Shown here piece after piece: positions 42,560-57,239 of a stretch of DNA of 64,000 nucleotides. The stretch spans positions 122,822,001 to 122,886,000 of the forward strand of contig OX597820.1 in assembly GCA_951406725.2 (NCBI GenBank). The letters run 5' to 3'. A program made the translations under genes and the position numbers. Source of the stretch: Octopus vulgaris (taxonomy: Eukaryota). Under the pieces are notes generated by a model, which was not told the origin of the DNA, made no database searches, and worked only from the letters and a program-made list of their open reading frames with translations. Position 1 is the first letter of the stretch. Each line of letters begins with the position of its first letter.

Positions 42560-44800
42560 ATCCACAAGCTTTCAATACTCTAACCCTACCCCTTAAGACC
42601 CTCCTGATAATCTTTCCTGCCCCAAAGAGGCAAACCTTCTGTAGAGGCTCTACAAGAAATTTTATTCCAAATACCGTCAATCATTTTTCTGCATCTTTAC
42701 TTGCAGTTCCCAAATGCATCAATTGTTACGAGCACAACTTTCATACTCCAAATTCTTGCAATTTCAAATGTCAAGGGATTGTATTTTTTTTGTTTTTCAT
42801 CCTTTTTTTTTTTCACAATCCTGGAATCAAAGGGACATGATGGATCAATTAGCAAGCACCTTCGTTTTTCCTTTTCTATTGTTGTCTGGTCTGGTCTGTT
42901 ATCTTTTGGCTTCTTATCCGTTTGGATAGGAAAATAACACAAAATTTTGCATTTCTCCGACTCAAGCACTCTATTATTATAGAGTGAGAGAGCAGTGCAT
43001 GGCATCAAAGTGGCACTGGGATACAAATGTACGAAGCCAAATATACCCATCATGACTACCCGACTGATTAAAGTACCCCAGGCGCAGGCATCACAACTAT
43101 ATGTGAGTGAAATGGTGATCTCATATCAAGATAAACAGCACAAGTGATCTCATATCAAGATAAAAAGCACAAGAATTTTCTCGAGGTTGAGTAGCCCATC
43201 TCGCTTTAAATGTCCCAAAATAATCGTTATTTAAGGATGATGAATGATACACCCTTCTTTCCAGAGGTAGATTATTCAAATCCCAAAGAATTCCTCTCAG
43301 CACATAGTTATGATGCTTCCCAACAACTCATGCTCGTGATTAGAGATGCACGTATAGTCAACTACTTTCCAGTTTTTTCTGTTAACTTTCTCTATATCGT
43401 TTTTAGGCTAGTCTTTAATTCCAACTCCATATCTGGTTAAGAGTAGTGCTCTTGAATTTATTGCTTCAATAAGATTTTCGGAATTAAGCAGTGGCGGCAA
43501 TAATTTTCTCGCTTTCCTTGTGTCCCTTCTACTGGTAATTTTATTTCATTTCTGAATTGTTTTTGTTTCGTCTGCTACTATTATTCCCAAGTACTTACAC
43601 CACTGTCCTTTCTCAACCGCTCTCATTGTTTGCCTATTTGGCATTTCACCTCCCTGGTTTCTTTCAAATCTTCCCCGTTTCATTTTCAAAATAGTGCATT
43701 TTTCTATCCCAAATTGCGTACCTCCGTCATTCGAGAAAATGCGGATTGAATGTACAAGACTTCCAAGCTGTTTCTTATTTACTCTTTATTCTTTTACTCT
43801 TTTACGTGTTTCAGTCATTTGATTGTGGCCATGCTGGAGCACCGCCTTTAGTCGAGCAAATCGACCCCGGGACTTATTCTTTGTAAGCCCAGTACTTATT
43901 CTACTTCTTGAAAATCAGCAAGCTTTCCATCTGTTCGTTTCAAGAATCTCTCAAGAGTGTAAGAATATCGTTGTTATCGAATAAGCTTGTTTCTTCAAAT
44001 TGTATGGGGAATTTCTGTGATTGAACAGTATATACTGATACCTTTCAGATCGATGTTCTATCGGTCTCTTTTGCCGAACCGCTAAGTAACGGGGACGTAA
44101 ACACACCAGCATCGGTTGTCAAGCAATGCTAGGGGGACAAACACAGACACACCAACATATATACACACACACACACTTATATATATACATATATACGACA
44201 GGCTTCTTTCAGTTTCCGTCTACCAAATCCACTCACAAGGCATTGATCGGCCCGGGGCTATAGCAGAAGACACTTGCTCAAGATGCCACGCAGTGGGACT
44301 GAACCCGGAACCATGTGGTTGGTTAGCAAGCTACTTACCACACAGCCACTCCTGCGCCTATTTCTCTCATACATTTTTATATCATCCATGAAAAGATGAT
44401 TTATCTGACCATTTCCTTTCCTCAAATCGTAAGCAATTTTAACTTTTCGCAATATCATAGTGAGCGGTGTCATGAACAATACGAATATTTATGCAAATAA
44501 AATATCGTCTTGGAATATTCCACGTCCGATGTTCACTTTGCCAAGTTTTTGTTTTCCTCGGATCAATTCAGTAATCTGATGTTTCGTACATTCATTAAGC
44601 ATTTTATCCATGTTTTTTTTTTTTGCTGTTCCAAACATGGTCATAGTTTTACTTATCCAACTGTGTGGAACCATACCATATGCATTTTTGTAATCTAGCC
44701 ATTCTACATTCACTCCCATCAATCTGCGCCTACATTTTCTAATTGTCATTTTTTTCAAATAACACGTGACCTTTTGCACTGCTACTTTGTTTCATGCATC
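42560..44800 (-). mobile_element. Dong/R4 LINE (RT to RLE), fragmented by nested insertions
   Basis: WLDYKNAYGMVPHSWI, GIFQDD, INHLFMDDIKMY, FGIEKC and ILCYFPIQTDKK..NRPD..LLIDPSCPFD. Confidence 0.88.
43781..44358 (-). mobile_element. Family B SINE nested in Dong/R4, itself carrying a 152-bp insertion
   Basis: Reverse complement of 24285-24680; TATTT duplicated at 43776-43780 and 44359-44363. Confidence 0.9.
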
Positions 44801-44802
44801 CT

Positions 44803-44965
44803 TTCTTCTTATCCTTCTTCTTCTTCTTCTTCTTCTTCTTCTTCTTCTTCTTCTTCTTCTTCTTCTTCTTCTTCTTTTCTTCTTCTTCTTCTTCTTTCTT
44901 CTTCTTCTTCTTCTTCTTTTTCTTCTTCTTCTTCATTCTTCTTCTCATTATTATTATCCTTATTA

Positions 44966-45044
<79 letters not shown>

Positions 45045-45051
45045 TATTATT
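44803..45051. repeat. (CTT)n followed by (ATT)n compound microsatellite
   Basis: Direct reading. Confidence 0.95.
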
Positions 45052-45464
45052 GAGTGAGTGAGAGAGCAGTGCATGCCATCAAAGTGACACTGGGGTAAAA
45101 TATACAAAGCCCAGTATACCCATCATGAGCACACGTCTGATAAGGGTACACCAGGCACATGCATCACAACCATATGTGCGCGACATGGTGATCTCATATC
45201 AAGATAAACAGCGCATGACCTTGCAGATGGGGCCCGGTTAGTACTTTCTTCTGGTCAACAGGTCCCTGAATAAGCATTGTTTAAGAATGTTGAACGAAGC
45301 ACCCATGTTTCCAAAGGTGAATTATCCAAATTCCCAAGAATTTCTTTCATCACACGGCTAAGATGCTCCCCCACTATTTCTGCTTGTGATCAGAGATGCA
45401 CATATCATCAGCCACTAAGGGACCTGGTCAACTGGTTATGGTCAAACAACTGACAAGCAAATCT

Positions 45465-46480
45465 GAATAGAAGGTGGTTGAGACGAAGTGCGTTCTTTCT
45501 CAGCTTATAGTGCACGTTGATTTTGCGTAGGACTACAGAAAATGGATTAAGGCTATAACAAATAACAGAAATGAACAAGAATCTCCTTGAAGATACCACT
45601 TTTGATTGTTACCTCGACAAATTGCTGATTGTTACAGGAAAGATGTGTTTTCCAACTAGACATGTTGTTCATAACCAGTGAACACACATTCTCAGTTATT
45701 CCATATATGTCGAGTGTTTCAAAATTCCACGAATGCGGCAACATATCGTTAGCCTTTTTGAAGTCTATCCAGGCCATGCATAAGTTTTTTTGGCACCGTT
45801 TACATTTCTTCATTATAACATTGTCTATCACAAGGTGGTCCTTGGTGCCTTTGGATCCTCTACGGCATCCTTTTTTTTCTGCTGGCAGAAGATTGTTTTC
45901 CGCAAGGAACGTATATTTTTCCTGCGAGAGTACCTGTTAATACTTTCCGTAGGAGGTTAAGACAAGCAATGGGTCGGTAATTGCCACCTTCATTGCCCTT
46001 TGACCGATCTTTCATTAACAATGTTGTTCTTCCCTCTACCATCCACTCCGGAACCGTACCGCTCTGTAGGCAATTGTCTAATTGCAACGCAATTCTCTTG
46101 TGTATTGACCTAAACCACTTAAGCCAGTAGCCTTGAATTCCGTCTGGTCCTGTTGCCTTCCAGTTTGGCAGTTTTGATATCTGTGTAATGGCATCTTCCA
46201 TTGTTGTGCAACCTCCGCCGGGTGATGGAGTTCGGATTTCACAGAATGAATCGACTCAGCACTGTGGTTGTCCGAAACGTCTTGCTCCCAAATGTTATTC
46301 CAAAACTGGCGGGTTTCTTCTGCTTCAGGAGATGTATTATCTTCTGTGTTTCCTACTAAGCCCTTAAAAAACTGTCTCTAGTGATTTCAGAATGTTCGGT
46401 TTTACTGGAACTGCGATGTGCAATCAGTGTAGCGGCGCATCTTTAATATTTTAGCCAGCACACGATGTTTTAGGGTTTCA
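45465..46480 (-). mobile_element. Dong/R4 LINE, N-terminal RT region
   Basis: KLPNWKATGPDGIQGYWLKWF..NYRPIACLNLL; NLCMAWIDFKKANDMLPHSW; LNHLLF. Confidence 0.92.
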
Positions 46481-46539
46481 TGATGACGCGGAGTATCAAA
46501 TAGATAGGAAAGTGTTCAAAACTGTCAGCGAAGCCCTAA

Positions 46540-47450
46540 AACAAGGAAGCTTGCAAATTCTCAAGGGAACTTTGCATTAACCCTGAAATAGTTGAAGAAA
46601 CTAAAGCACAAGATTGCCTTCTGACTACCAATCCATCATCATCACAAAACATAAAGCCAATGAAAAAAGCAGAACAAATATATAGTAACGTAAAGAAACT
46701 CAGTTAAATTACTTACACGAATAAGCAAAATCAATCAGTGAACATTTTAAGCCTACGAATGAAAAGTCCACAATTAAGACTTCAGAAAACATGTATCGAC
46801 GCATTTCATAAGACAATACAAAAATATGAAACTCTAATTACACATTGGAAACAATCAAACCCATAAAATCTAAAGAAATCCTCATCCATGGTTGATATCA
46901 CATTCACATCTTCCAATCACATTACTTTTTCTCGTACAAATGATCGATTCCCGCAAACCTAGCTTTAATCATTCTCAGAATGCAAGCTTTAAGTACTTTC
47001 CCCCCAACTACACTATATCCCTGCATGTCAACAAGGAAGCCTCTACTTCGGCATGGTTTCTACTGGAAATAGCAGCTAAATTCAAGCATGTTAAAGAAGA
47101 GAAAGTGGACAATGCCTGAAATAAAACTGGACAGTCATTGTTGGAATGTCTAGGACCGTAGGTATTAGAACACTATTCTGCAATATTGGAACACTATCCT
47201 GGCCTTGTGCCAATAAACCCATATTGGAACATTAAATAGAGAGTATTTCAGTCTTTATGGTTGGACAGCCTTCATTTATTGGTTTGTTAGAACTAAAACT
47301 AACATGGCAACACTTGGTCTCAAAATCTAGAAATAGCAACCAAATCTAAAAGGCATCATGGCGTCTTAAAAATGGATGGAATCGTTGACAATCAACAACT
47401 ACAACATAAAGCATCACCAAGACTCCTACAACATGGCTTACAAATGTCAA
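46540..47450 (+). mobile_element. Highly decayed CR1/L2-like LINE RT remnant
   Basis: Residual DNTKI (FADDTK-like) and RP.VLEH..AI motifs with many stops. Confidence 0.45.
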
Positions 47451-47849
47451 TGCTCTACACACCACCAATATTTCTATGACTGTCATCTCTAGCAACAGCA
47501 AGACTCCTGGCAAAAATGGTAGTGCCACTTCACGCTACTCCTTTCGCCATCACTGGATATCGTTGCCATTGCAGCGTTATTACTGCTACCAACCATCACT
47601 ACCAGATACCACCAACATCCGATCTTCGCACCACTACAATTCACCATTTATCATGATGACGACTATTTATCACGATGACGACTATTACCACCCCCACCAT
47701 AATCAGTACCACCACCACCACCACCTTCCTGCTAATACTACCGCCATTTCGAGCACTAACGCCCCTACAGCCACCACTATTATATTACAATCATCATCAT
47801 CAGATGTGACTGGTCCAGTAATATATATACTTATAAATTTATTAATATA

Positions 47850-48205
47850 GGCGTAGGTGTGGCTGTGTGGTAAGCAGCTTGCTTACCGGCCACATGGTTC
47901 CGGGTTCAGTCCCACTGTGTGGCACCGTGGGCAAGTGTCTTCTACTATAGCCTCAGGCCGACCAAAGCCTTGTGAGTGGATTTGGTAGATGGAAACTGAA
48001 AGAAGCCCGTCGTATATATGTGTGTGTATATATATGTGTGTGTGTTGACAACCGATACTTGTGTGTTTACGTCCCCGTAACTTAGCGGTTCGGCAAGAGA
48101 GACCGATAGAATAAGTACTAGGCTTACAAAGAATAAGTCCTGGGGTCGATTTGCTCGACTGAAGGCGGTGCTCCAGCAAATGACTGAAACAATTAAAGAA
48201 ATAAG
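47850..48205 (+). mobile_element. Family B SINE
   Basis: Colinear with 24285-24680. Confidence 0.9.
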
Positions 48206-48403
48206 TATTTAAAGATTTAATATCCATTTTCCCTTAATTTCATAAAAAAACTAGAAAGAACATATATTCACACATACACCGACACGCACACAAGTACACA
48301 CACATACGCACGCACACAAGAACATATGTACATACAATGACTCACTTTACCACATTTCAATATACATATATACGCACGTTTGTATAGGTTTGCCTATTAA
48401 TCT

Positions 48404-48447
<44 letters not shown>

Positions 48448-48551
48448 CTATCTGTCTGCTTGCCTGTCTGTCTGTTTGTCTATCTATCTATTTGTTTGTC
48501 TGTCTGTCTATCTGCCTATTTATCTCTAAAGGTATATATCATATATCATAT

Positions 48552-48597
<46 letters not shown>

Positions 48598-49127
48598 CAT
48601 ATGCAGAGAAAGGGGAGCAGGAGTGAGTTGGGGCAGAAATACATATATGCACATATTCATGTCTGTTTTTCTATGTTTGTTGTATGCATCCATCAGTGTG
48701 TGTTTAGGTGCTGTTTTGTTTTTTTATACGCCTACAGACATTCATAAATTGAGACATATACCTTGTTTGCAAAAGATGTTAATGGCATCTTTAGTTATAG
48801 ATTGGAAAATAATATATTGGAGATTTTGATTCGAGATATTTATAGACCATCTGAAACAATTTGGAATGACTATACAAATGAGGAACTACCTCTCACATTT
48901 TCATGCACGGATTCACACAGGCACACGCACACACACTAACACACACATACACACACAACACATACAAGCATATACAGTACAATCATATATACGCATAAAT
49001 ACTTATATATGTTTATATATGAACGCATATATATATATATATATATATAAATCCAGTAAGGTATATAAAATCAGCGCCAAGGCTCCAAAACCAGCAGAAA
49101 TTCAAATTAAAGATATATATTTTTTAT

Positions 49128-49434
49128 ATTGTTTGTTCCTTCTCGAGCCATGCCTGGCTCATATGGGCCAGTTTCCCGGTTTCCTTGGCGTATAGGTTTC
49201 CCACCTGGACGGGACGCCGGTCAGTCGCAGGTGAGCTGCAAGATGCAGGAGGAAAGAGTGAGAGAAAGTTGTGGCGAAAGAGTCAGCAGAAGTTTCGCCA
49301 TTACCTTCTGCCGGAGCCGCGTGGAGCTTAGGTGTTTCGCTCATAAACACACACATCGCCCGGTCTGAGATTCGAACCCGCGATCCCTCGACCGTGAGTC
49401 CGCTGCTCTAACCGCTAGGCCGTGTGCCTCCACA
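49128..49434 (-). mobile_element. Family C SINE, second tail type
   Basis: Reverse complement of 60500-60806; B-box GGTTCGAATCTC. Confidence 0.9.
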
Positions 49435-49997
49435 CCATAAAGATACACACGAGCAATGCAATGAACATATGAGAAATAGGTTTACCTTTGAGATGAATAC
49501 ATCAGTAAGTAATGTATATTTCAATACCAAGTGAGTTCACTCTCCGTATGACCAACATATTCTGGGATCTTCCGAGTTATATAAGGCATAAATATAAGGT
49601 ATAAATAAAGTTATGAAATATAAGATAAAGTTATGAAAATTTGTACACACGTATACTTATACACATATGCATATGTGTGTATGTATCCGGACGTTCATAT
49701 ATATACGCAGACACTCGCATGTACTCACACATATACATATATCGACACGTACAAATACATACGCGCATATAGGTATATACGTACATATACATATATGCGC
49801 GAACACACTAATACATATTCACACAGAATTTGATATAGATCAATGTTGGTCAATTAATTCCGATGGTTAATGAAAGTATATTAGTTTTTACTAGTTTTGT
49901 AAGCTTTTGGTGTGTTTCAATGTGTATATGAAAATAATTAACATTTATATACGCATGTGTACAAGCGTGCGTAAATTTAATCATATAAATAAATAAA

Positions 49998-50060
<63 letters not shown>

Positions 50061-50115
50061 GCCTAAACATGCACAAATACACACAGCGGCACAAACCTAC
50101 ACTTGCATACACACT

Positions 50116-50385
50116 TACCGAACCGCTAAGTTACGGGGACATAAACACACTAACATCGGTTGCCAGGCGATGGTGGGGAACAAACGCCGACACACAAATA
50201 CACACACACACATACACACACACACATATTTGCGACGAGCTTCTTTCAGTTTCCCTCTACCAAATCTACTCACAAGGCTTTGGTCGGCCTGAGGCTATAA
50301 TAGAAGACACTTGCCCAATGTGCTACGCGGTGCGACTGAACCCGGATCCATGTGGTTGGGAAGCAAGGTTTTCTACCACACAGTC
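50116..50385 (-). mobile_element. Family B SINE, partial
   Basis: CCGAACCGCTAAGTTACGGGGAC..GAAGACACTTGCCCAA matches family B. Confidence 0.85.
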
Positions 50386-51059
50386 ATTCTTGTGCCATCA
50401 TACATACATACATGTATGTATAAATACACGCACACATACATATGCTTGCATATGTATAGACACACACCTGCATGAACACACATATACGTATATCTACACA
50501 CTCACGTATGCATACATGCGCATATATACATAAACAGATACGTTCATACGCGTATACACATAGATATGTATGTGTCAATTCATACACATACATATGTGTA
50601 GATAGATATACATCTACATACATGCACGTTTAAATATGTATCTTCCTATACTCCTAATTAATTACTTGTGTATGCATACATCTTCGTCAGTATAAGGAAA
50701 AGGGAAGTATTTTATTTGTAAAAATTATTATAAGGATGGGGCAGGGAGAATTGTTTAAGTGGAAATGAATTATTAGAAGGCAAAAACTGGGCATATAAAT
50801 ACGCGAAGCACACACACACACTCACATATATATATATATACATACATACATACAAATGCATATACACAAATACATATGCATATACTGATACACTCACACA
50901 ATTATGCATAATCAATTTTATTTAGTTGTATTTGAAAAAAACATATAGAAGGGGAGAGAATCATGTCAGTTTGAGAATAATTTTGATGTTTGTATATAAA
51001 AATTAATTAAATAAGCAATTAAGTCAATAGGACCATATACCAACTGACATGGCCGCTAT

Positions 51060-51192
51060 ATTCTTTTCTACTCCAGGCACAAGGCCCGAAATTTTGGGGG
51101 AGGGGGCCCAGTCGATTAGATCGATCCGAGGACGCAATTGGTTCTTGATTTATCGACCCCGAAAGGATGAAATGCAAAGTCGACCTCGGCGA
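51060..51192 (-). mobile_element. Family A SINE fragment; related degenerate copies at 52915-53090 and 63730-63925
   Basis: GAAAGGATGAAATGCAAAGTCGACCTCGGCG core. Confidence 0.75.
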
Positions 51193-51579
51193 GCATCGAT
51201 TAGGGAGTTACATTGGATTATAAAATCCAATGCGATCTTACACACACCATTCTCAGAGATAACTTCTGGTTTATGTTTTTAAAATTTCTGTGAACTTTCA
51301 AGACCGTACCTCTAACGAAATCTCCAATGAACAAACTTAACTACGTTATCACGTTTCGTTTTGCATTTCTCTTCGACCATCAGTGCCTCTTATATGCCAC
51401 CAAATACGATATGAATGAAGGATTTCTAATAGTCAACCATTGCTTCAATACTAATTTGAGAAACGAAGCAAATGTACATTTCGTTGTTTAACTAACAAAA
51501 AATAATCTCATTTGTCTAACAGTACCGAACTTCTATATTTAGTATGATTTCTTCACTTGTTTCACACACCTATACATTC

Positions 51580-51628
<49 letters not shown>

Positions 51629-53281
51629 TGTGTATATGTAAAGAACAGACACATGTGTTTGTGTGTTATGTGAGCACATATGTATGGAAGGTCCGTCAAA
51701 TTGCAGATATATGCATTGTAGCCAATGAAGAGCTGCCCCTTCTGCAACACAGGCGGCCATGGCAAGTATCAGCCGACGACACCGAGTTTATTATTATCAT
51801 TTATACCAGGTACAACTTTAGCAAAAATACTGTTATCATCCATACCTCCAGCAACATCAATAACAGCATCAGCAACATTACTAGCATCATCAATATCAGC
51901 AGCAGCGTCAGCAACCTCAGCAGCAGCAGCAGAAAAACACTGTAACCAGAACAGAATTCCTATTTCCGTTGCACGCTAAATCGAACATTCTTTTATGCTT
52001 AACACCAGTAAAATGTATTATTCGTTGTTGTTGTTGTTGTTGCCGCTGCTAATGATGGTGTGCTTGTGATAGTTGTAGTAGTGATGGCTTACAGCTGTCA
52101 ATTATAGTTTTGGTAGTCGTACTGGGAATGGTGGTGGTGGTGGTGGTGCCGGTGATAGTATCGACGCCGTTGATGGTAATGATGGCCGTGCTACTGGTGG
52201 CTTGGGAACCGAAAGATAGATCTGTAACCGCCATAGCTTTAGTCAGATCATTTATCACTCACAAGTTTAAATGAATGAGACGGCCATCATTTCCGCTTTC
52301 TTTCTTTTAATATTTGTTTTTTTATTTTTGTCTTTCATTTCCCCTCATTGTTCTTTTTCTTTTCCTTCTTTCTTCTGTTTCATTGCTGTTTTTCGTTTTC
52401 ACCTCTAATCTATTATAGCATGGCCTTACCCTGACTAAACTCCATTGTGTTTATCTTTAAAGAGACAATTTATATCATTTAGAAAGTAACTGTTAATCCT
52501 TAGAGTGACACTGGCCAAGTGGCATAGAATCATGCTGGAGTCTATCTGAAACGCAAAGTTATATTGATTTATGTTTGAATCAGTAATAGACTTCGCCTGC
52601 AGTTTGGCTCGAAGACTTAATAGAAACTGCGATATTTATACATATTCGAAGAAACTTCACTGATTTAGTAAATAAGTGAGTTACAATCGAATACTGAAAT
52701 TGCAACGTTATTTCAACATGTGAGAAATGCAAGTTTTGGTTTATAGCATGTTACTCGAAAACAGAAGTCCTGTGAAGTAAAACCAAAAGGATTCTGTCAC
52801 TTCTTGCCAGGTTTTCGAATATCTGTTATATTGTTTAACTGTTGCAAGGCATACAGCAAAGTCTCACTTAGGATATTTAATAAGGTTACATTTAGTTGTA
52901 AATATATGGAGACTAAATCCTGGCACAAGGCCAGCAATTTTCAGGGAGCGGGTAAGTCGATTACATTGACATCGAAAGGATGGAAGGCAAAGTCGACCTC
53001 GGCGGAATTAGAACTCAGAACGTAAAGACGGGCGAAGTGCCACAAATCAGTTTGCTCGGCGTGTTAATTACTTTACAAACTGACCGCTTTACGTCAATCA
53101 TTACGTATTGAAGAGTAAACGACTGAAAACAAGCCAACCCCAAGAGAACTTTATAAAACTTATAAAATCATAATCGAAATATATTAGATAAATTATTTAA
53201 ATATAAACGGTTTTTTTCTTTTTCGTATTCAGAACCACATAATCTGGACGGACGTTCTATATTTGAGAATTCGATCAATTA

Positions 53282-55976
53282 CACTGGTCAACAACGAAAA
53301 TGCTTTTTAGACCAGAGTAGCAATTCCCAACTAATTTTAGGTCGCTGATAATGGATACCTTGGTTAAAACTGTTTGTTAGTTCTACTTTTCAAGATACAC
53401 ATATGTGTCACAACAGGTTCCGACAGGCTTGCGGCAGTTCCACTGCCCTTCAGTATTGTTCCGGCAGTGGTTGTGCTGTGCAAGTTTATATGCTGAGGTG
53501 AAAGGTGATTTTTCTAGTCAAACACTTTTTAAACTTATAATAAATATTCATTGAGCAAGCAACCGAAATGTATGTGAGGCATTTTATATTAATTTTATCT
53601 TTTAATTGATGATATAAACACTTCTGCTAAGATGTGATGCTCTGTAAATTTATGAACGAATTTTCTGTTGATCTGCTAATTGTTTCTCGTTTTCTTTGTC
53701 GAAATGTCTCGCACTTGTGTGAATAAGACAGACAACTTCTGCTACATTTGTGGCCTCTGCATCACAGAAGCGCCGTATAACTGCTATGGTTAGAAAAGCA
53801 AATCACTTATATTTTGGATGCACGATTGGCGACCAGGATAGGAAGTGGGCTCCTCGCATGTGCTGCAACACTTCGCCAATGGTTGAACAGGAAGAGGAAA
53901 TAAATGGTTTCTGTTGTGTCAATGATGTACTGAGAGATGACAAACCATACCAACAATTGTTATTTCTACATGGGACGGCCATTAAAAAAGGTCTTGTCGA
54001 ACAAGAAAAAAGAGTCCATTGAATAGCCAAACATTCCATTAGCTATTCACCCAGTTTCACGTGGAGATGGTCAATCTGTTCTTGATGCGCCAATTTCGAT
54101 ATTCTTCGAGCTACATTAAGAACGTGATGCGGAGGAAGCAGAGAAATGTGACACTGCTGGATTTACAGAGTAATCCCGAATATTGATGAAACACACTTCT
54201 ATAGACCACATCGCATAACACAAGGGGAATTCCATGACCTTGTCAAGGGTCTACAACTATCTGAGAATAAGGCAGAGCTGCTAGGCTCTCGTCTTCAACC
54301 GTGGAATTTCCTAATAGCTGATGTGAAGATCTCAAAATTTCATGACCGTCAGCAGCAGTTCATCAATTTCCTCATAATGGAAGGTGATTTATTGGCCTAC
54401 AACAATATTAATGGTCTGATGGAAGCACTTGATATTGAATATGAAGGGCAGCGAGCTGGCAGAATCGTTAGGACGCCGGGCGAAATACTTAGCGGTATTT
54501 CGTCTGCCGTTACGTTCTGAGTTCAAATTCCTCCGAGGTCGACTTTGCTTTTCATCCTTTCAGGATCGATAAATTAAGTACCAGTTACGCACTGGGGCCG
54601 ATATAATCGACTTAATCCATCTGTCTGTCCTTGTTCGTCCCCTCTGTGTTTAGCCCCTTGTGGGTAGTAAAGAAATAGGTATTTCGTCTGCCGTTACATT
54701 CTGAGTTCAAATTCTGACGTGGTCGACTTTGCCTTTCATCCTTTCGGGGTCGATTAAATAAGTACCAGTTACGCGCTGAGGTCGATATAATCGACTTAAT
54801 CCCTGTCTTTCTTTGTTTGTCCCCTCTATGTTTAGCCCATTGTGGGAAATAAAGAAATAGATATTGAATACGAACCCAGTCACTGAAGGCTGTTCATAGA
54901 TTCATAAAAAATTTGAGTGAAATGTGCCTTGTTACATAATGTCAATAGTGAATCTTCAGTTCCTGTGGGCTATGCATCTCATATGTAAGAAACTTATGAG
55001 AATATAACGCTTGTGCTGAAATGCATAAAATACAGTGAACATCAATGGCAGCTCTGTCATGACTTAAAGGCTGTTGCTTTTGTGATGAGCTTGCAGGGCG
55101 GATACACTGCTTTCTGTGTGATTGGGACAGCTGTGCAAGAGGTTACCACTGTATCAGGAGAGACTGGCTACCTCTTCACTCAATGTAGTCTGGGATGAAA
55201 AACGTTCAACATCCACCTCTCACTGAACCAAACAAAATTTTGCTACCACCACGACACAAAACTGGGGCACATGAAAAACTTTGTAAAAGCTATGGACAAA
55301 TCCGGTCAGGGATTCAAATATTTAACATCAAAATTCTCCCCACTAAGTGACGCTAAGATAAAAGGGAGTCTTCATTGGTCCTCAAATTCGAGAGCTTCTT
55401 AAAGATGGTGACTTTGAATCAGCCCTTCATGGGTAGCGGAAAGCTGCTTGGGGAGCATTCAAGTTTGTGGCGAAGGGATTTCTCGGAAACAGAAGGGACG
55501 GAAATTATAAAGGATTTGTGGAAAACCCCATCAAGGCTAACAAGAACATGGAATGTAACATGTCACGTCAAATCCACGTCTTGGACTCACCTTTAGACCT
55601 TTTTCCAGCGAACTGTGGAGCAGTTAGTAATGGAGATGGTGAAGGGCTTCACCAAGATATTTCAACCATGGACAAACGGCACAAGGGCAAATGGAGCAAA
55701 ACGATGTTTGCTTGGGCATCGGCAAGAGATTATTCTTCAACCTCCAATAAGCGCCAAGCAAAAAGGCAGGGAGTAGATGCGGACTAGGACTTTAAACATA
55801 ATGACACGTGTTGTATGTTGTAATAAAATAATCAAATATTGCATGTCTTGTATCTTGAAGCCTGTTGCTAATAAGCATTTTCCAAGGTGACATTTGCATT
55901 CAGGACTTGAAAATACAAAGGAATTAACTAATCCCGTTTAAGAAGCACACAACTTTTCCAAAATCATTGACCAGTG
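53282..55976 (+). mobile_element. Full-length decayed Chapaev3-type (CMC) DNA transposon
   Basis: TIR CACTGGTCAA / TTGACCAGTG with flanks TTA and CTA. Pseudo-ORF 53704-55787: MSRTCVNKTDNFCYICG..HLYFGCTIGDQDRKWAP, WQLCHDLKAV, HVLDSPLDLFPANCGAVS..GEGLHQDISTM. Confidence 0.9.
54446..54859 (+). mobile_element. Head-to-tail dimeric family A SINE nested in the Chapaev element
   Basis: Full monomer 54446-54677 plus a 5'-truncated monomer 54678-54859; TSD GATATTGAATA(T/C)GAA at 54431-54445 and 54860-54874. Confidence 0.92.
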
Positions 55977-57066
55977 CTATTTATCACTATGAATGTTTCT
56001 GTCTTATTCATTAGTAAATATTATATGTAAAGTGCAAATTAAGCGTAAGGCAATAAATTGAAAATCGAACTTGAGTCGCAAATTCCTCTATTTGATAACA
56101 GGCCATCGTATTATTATACATGTGCCACACAATGTTTTAAGAGAACATGCTTTTAATTGCGTTTAACAACGAGCGAACTTCAAAGCTATTATTTCTTGTT
56201 CTCTGAAGCTCTTATGATGTCCCTCATAGGAACTGATATCCTCAGTGAATCGCTATCTGGAGAGACAGTTTGATTTGTAAGAGGTACTTGCAAAAAGTTT
56301 TAGAGAGAAATATACTTGTACAAAGCTATTATGCTGGTTTTCTGCCAATCTGACGCCGGTTGATGTTCAACTAGCAGTTGACATTACCTTAACCTCCAAC
56401 AAAGCTCAGTCGTTTTGCTGGATTGGAAACATCTTGCATGATGCCAAAATCTTCATAGTAAGAGCCAGATAAAGATTGTTTTGAGTTTCGTGATTTCAAA
56501 GCCAATATTATACAGATAGCTGTCATTAACGACAATGTTTGATTCTCAAATGGGCAGAATCTTTAAGTACATAAATAGTATTCAACACGCCCTCTCTCTT
56601 TAACACATTCACGCACATACATAGCTACATATGACGGTGTGTATGTGTGTGTGTGTGTACGTATGTATCATGCAAATATATATATATATATGTATATATG
56701 TATATACGTATTCATGCATGTATATGTGTACGCCTGTGCATATATAAGATTATTTATCTTGTACAAATATTCTCATTATTAAATGGAAACAACCATAATT
56801 AGTTTTCCGTCATAAACGCAAGAACACATCAGGTATTCCCGCCCGCACTCAAACACACACACATTCACACATACACACACACATTCACACATACACACAC
56901 ACAGGCAAACACAAACTGTCAAACATTTATCCGCACTTACATATTAAAACACACGCCCATAATATGTGGTACACACAGACACACCGAGAACTTTATACTG
57001 CCTCAGATCACAAGCCAATAAGATCACGCAGAAATACATACATTACAAACATACGCACGCATACAC

Positions 57067-57114
<48 letters not shown>

Positions 57115-57168
57115 TATATACATACATATACGTACACACACATATATACAGACTTGTACAATATATGC

Positions 57169-57239
<71 letters not shown>

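Noticed and set aside
51715-51752. Resemblance to miR-22/miR-745 (ATGAAGAGCTGCC)
   Set aside because: The seed and 3' part are not in the right order and I see no precursor hairpin.
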